A stretch of 63,966 bases of DNA, filler included, from Candidatus Babelota bacterium (GTDB lineage: Bacteria > JAGOBX01), in NCBI GenBank assembly GCA_017999075.1. It is 10 parts of 10 records of this genome, joined end to end, with 100 filler letters (N's around TTAATTAATTAA, not from the genome) between each part and the next. Parts side by side here need not be neighbours in the genome. Positions count along the whole stretch, not along the records: positions 58,616 to 63,966 come from JAGOBX010000281.1; 9 more parts are not named here. The stretch is one strand, 5' to 3'. The translations under genes and the position numbers were made by a program. Under the pieces are notes generated by a model. It saw only the letters and a program-made list of their open reading frames with translations, did no database searches and was not told the origin of the DNA. This document shows positions 61,990 to 63,966 of this stretch, one piece after another; position 1 is the first letter of the stretch, and each line of letters opens with the position of its first letter.

Positions 61990-63771
61990 ATGGATTCTTC
62001 TAAAATTAGAAATTTTTGTATAATTGCGCATATTGATCACGGAAAATCGACGCTTGCAGACAGATTGATTGAATTGACAAAAACTGTCGATAGAAGACGT
62101 ATGCGCGAACAGCTTCTTGATGATATGGACCTCGAACGTGAAAGAGGTATAACTATTAAAGCAAAAAGCATTAGAATGACTTATAAAGATTATCAATTTA
62201 ATTTAATAGATACTCCAGGTCATGTTGATTTTACTTATGAAGTTTCACGGAGTTTGTCTGCTTGTGAAGGAGCTCTGCTTGTTGTAGATGCGACTCAGGG
62301 AGTAGAAGCTCAGACTATAGCTAATTTGTATCTTGCGCTTGATAATAATCTTGAAATACTGCCTATTATTAATAAAGTTGATATGGTAAATGCTGATGTT
62401 GATAAAACAATTAATCAGTTAATAGAACTCGGGCTTGATATTGAAAATGTAGTTTGCATAAGCGCAAAAACAGGAGAAAATGTAGAAAAAATCTTGGATT
62501 TAATTGTTGAAAAAGTTCCTTCTCCAAAAGGTGATGAAGAAAAAGGTTTTCTAAAATGCTTGATTTTTGATTCTCATTATGATTCATATCAAGGAGTAAT
62601 TCTTAATGTCAGAGTAAAAAGCGGTGTCATTAAAAAAGGAATGAAAATAAAATTAATGGCTACTGCAAATATTTATACTGTTACTGAAGTTGGTGTTATG
62701 AATCCTGATATGAAATCAGTGGATTCATTAAGTGAAGGGGAAGTAGGATATTGTATAGCAGGAATTAAATTTCTTAATGAAGTGAAAATAGGAGATACTC
62801 TTACAGAATCCGCTGCTCCGTGTACTAAAGCCTTACCTGGATTCAAAGAAATAAGGCCTGTTGTTTTTTGCGGATTTTATCCGATTAATGCCGATGATTT
62901 TGAATTATTGAGAGATTCTCTTGCAAAATTGCAATTGAACGATTCAGCATTTAATTATGTTCCTGAAACTTCTGCTGCGCTTGGTTTTGGCTTTAAATGC
63001 GGATTTCTCGGATTGCTTCATCTTGAAATTATTGCTGAAAGATTGCATAGAGAATTCGATATGTCTATAGTAATGACTACTCCTGGAGTTTTATATAAAA
63101 TTGAAACTACTGAAGGTAATTTGATTGAGATTGATTCTGCATATAAACTGCCTGATCCTTCTAAATATATTAAAATTTACGAACCTTATGTTAAAGGTTC
63201 AATTATTGTACTTGATGAATTTGTTGGCAATGTAATGAAACTTTGCGAAGAATACCGGGCGATTTTCGGAAAAATGGAATATATAGGAACAACTAAAGTA
63301 ATACTTAATTATGAATTGCCTTTAGGAGAAATTATTATAGATTTTTATGACAGATTAAAATCTTGCACTAAAGGTTATGGTTCATTTGATTATGAATTGT
63401 CGGATTATAAAGTTGGCGACCTTGTAAAACTCGGAATTTTAATAAATAATGAAAATGTAGATGCTTTATCTATTATTGTGCATAAGGATAAAGCGTATGA
63501 AAAAGGAAAAAATGTTGTAGAAAAACTTAAAGAACTTATACCGCGTCAACAATTTTCCATTCCTATACAGGCTGCTATAGGTTCAAGAATAATAGCGCGT
63601 GAAACAATTAAAGCTTTTAGAAAAGATGTAACTTCAAGGTGTTACGGAGGGGATATAACAAGAAAACGCAAACTTCTTGAACGCCAGAAAGAAGGTAAGA
63701 AGAAAATGAAACAAATCGGTAACGTTGATATCCCAAAAGATGCTTTTTTAGCCGCATTAAGGATAAAATAA
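61990..63771 (+). CDS. lepA: Elongation factor 4 (LepA)
   Basis: IRNFCIIAHIDHGKSTLADR, ERERGITIK, DTPGHVDF, GFLGLLH and CYGGDITRKRKLL. Confidence 0.98.
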   Translation: MDSSKIRNFCIIAHIDHGKSTLADRLIELTKTVDRRRMREQLLDDMDLERERGITIKAKSIRMTYKDYQFNLIDTPGHVDFTYEVSRSLSACEGALLVVDATQGVEAQTIANLYLALDNNLEILPIINKVDMVNADVDKTINQLIELGLDIENVVCISAKTGENVEKILDLIVEKVPSPKGDEEKGFLKCLIFDSHYDSYQGVILNVRVKSGVIKKGMKIKLMATANIYTVTEVGVMNPDMKSVDSLSEGEVGYCIAGIKFLNEVKIGDTLTESAAPCTKALPGFKEIRPVVFCGFYPINADDFELLRDSLAKLQLNDSAFNYVPETSAALGFGFKCGFLGLLHLEIIAERLHREFDMSIVMTTPGVLYKIETTEGNLIEIDSAYKLPDPSKYIKIYEPYVKGSIIVLDEFVGNVMKLCEEYRAIFGKMEYIGTTKVILNYELPLGEIIIDFYDRLKSCTKGYGSFDYELSDYKVGDLVKLGILINNENVDALSIIVHKDKAYEKGKNVVEKLKELIPRQQFSIPIQAAIGSRIIARETIKAFRKDVTSRCYGGDITRKRKLLERQKEGKKKMKQIGNVDIPKDAFLAALRIK

Positions 63772-63801
63772 TTCAAAAACTAAAAAAAATGTAAAATTAA
63801 T

Positions 63802-63828
63802 TTAAGTTTTTTAATTTTTTGCCGATAT
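63802..63828 (+). promoter_or_regulatory. Sigma28 (FliA/SigD) promoter
   Basis: TTAA-N15-GCCGATAT. Confidence 0.75.
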
Positions 63829-63889
63829 ATATATCAAACAAAGCGAAACAAAAAGTAAAACTGAATATTAAAAAGCGAGGTGATGGGAT

Positions 63890-63966
63890 ATGTCAATAGA
63901 AAAAATCAATGCAGTACAATCTGTTCAATTATCCCAGAACATAAAAAAAGTAAAAGATTACGGAAC
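63890..63966 (+). CDS. N-terminus of a sigma28-dependent gene, possibly anti-sigma28 factor FlgM; truncated by the window end
   Basis: GAGGTG RBS, ATG at 63890, MSIEKINAVQSVQLSQNIKKVKDYG...; sigma28 promoter directly upstream. Confidence 0.45.
   Translation, partial: MSIEKINAVQSVQLSQNIKKVKDYG

Overview
This window is not one locus. It is ten separate contigs of about 6.4 kb from an AT-rich bacterial draft genome or MAG, joined by nine artificial 100-bp linkers (N44-TTAATTAATTAA-N44) and ordered by decreasing length. The contigs are 1-6466, 6567-13024, 13125-19558, 19659-26083, 26184-32596, 32697-39081, 39182-45564, 45665-52046, 52147-58515 and 58616-63966, and gene neighbourhood is meaningful only inside each one. 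The organism looks like a flagellated, chemotactic bacterium with peptidoglycan; I cannot assign its taxonomy. Housekeeping genes are parE/parC, tadA, rpoN, ftsY, glgP, pcrA/uvrD, folE, ftsH, lepA, flagellin and cheA. Accessory content includes the 3' end of an NRPS (A-T-E-C-A-T-TE), a type I restriction-modification operon ending in an ABC-ATPase-TOPRIM gene, a Fur-regulated cluster and a large secreted FN3/beta-helix protein. The most striking observations are: (1) an intact FtsH with an OmpA-like peptidoglycan-binding domain fused at its predicted cytoplasmic C-terminus; (2) a tightly coupled Hsp70-TPR plus SF1 helicase gene pair behind a long palindrome, a candidate defence module; (3) an unannotated structured RNA of about 270 nt with tandem near-consensus promoters and repeated motifs; (4) a sigma28-driven flagellin leader of about 360 nt with several CsrA-type GGA hairpins; (5) a sigma54 with a strongly altered RpoN box. 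All calls come from motif reading by eye; no database searches or folding programs were run.
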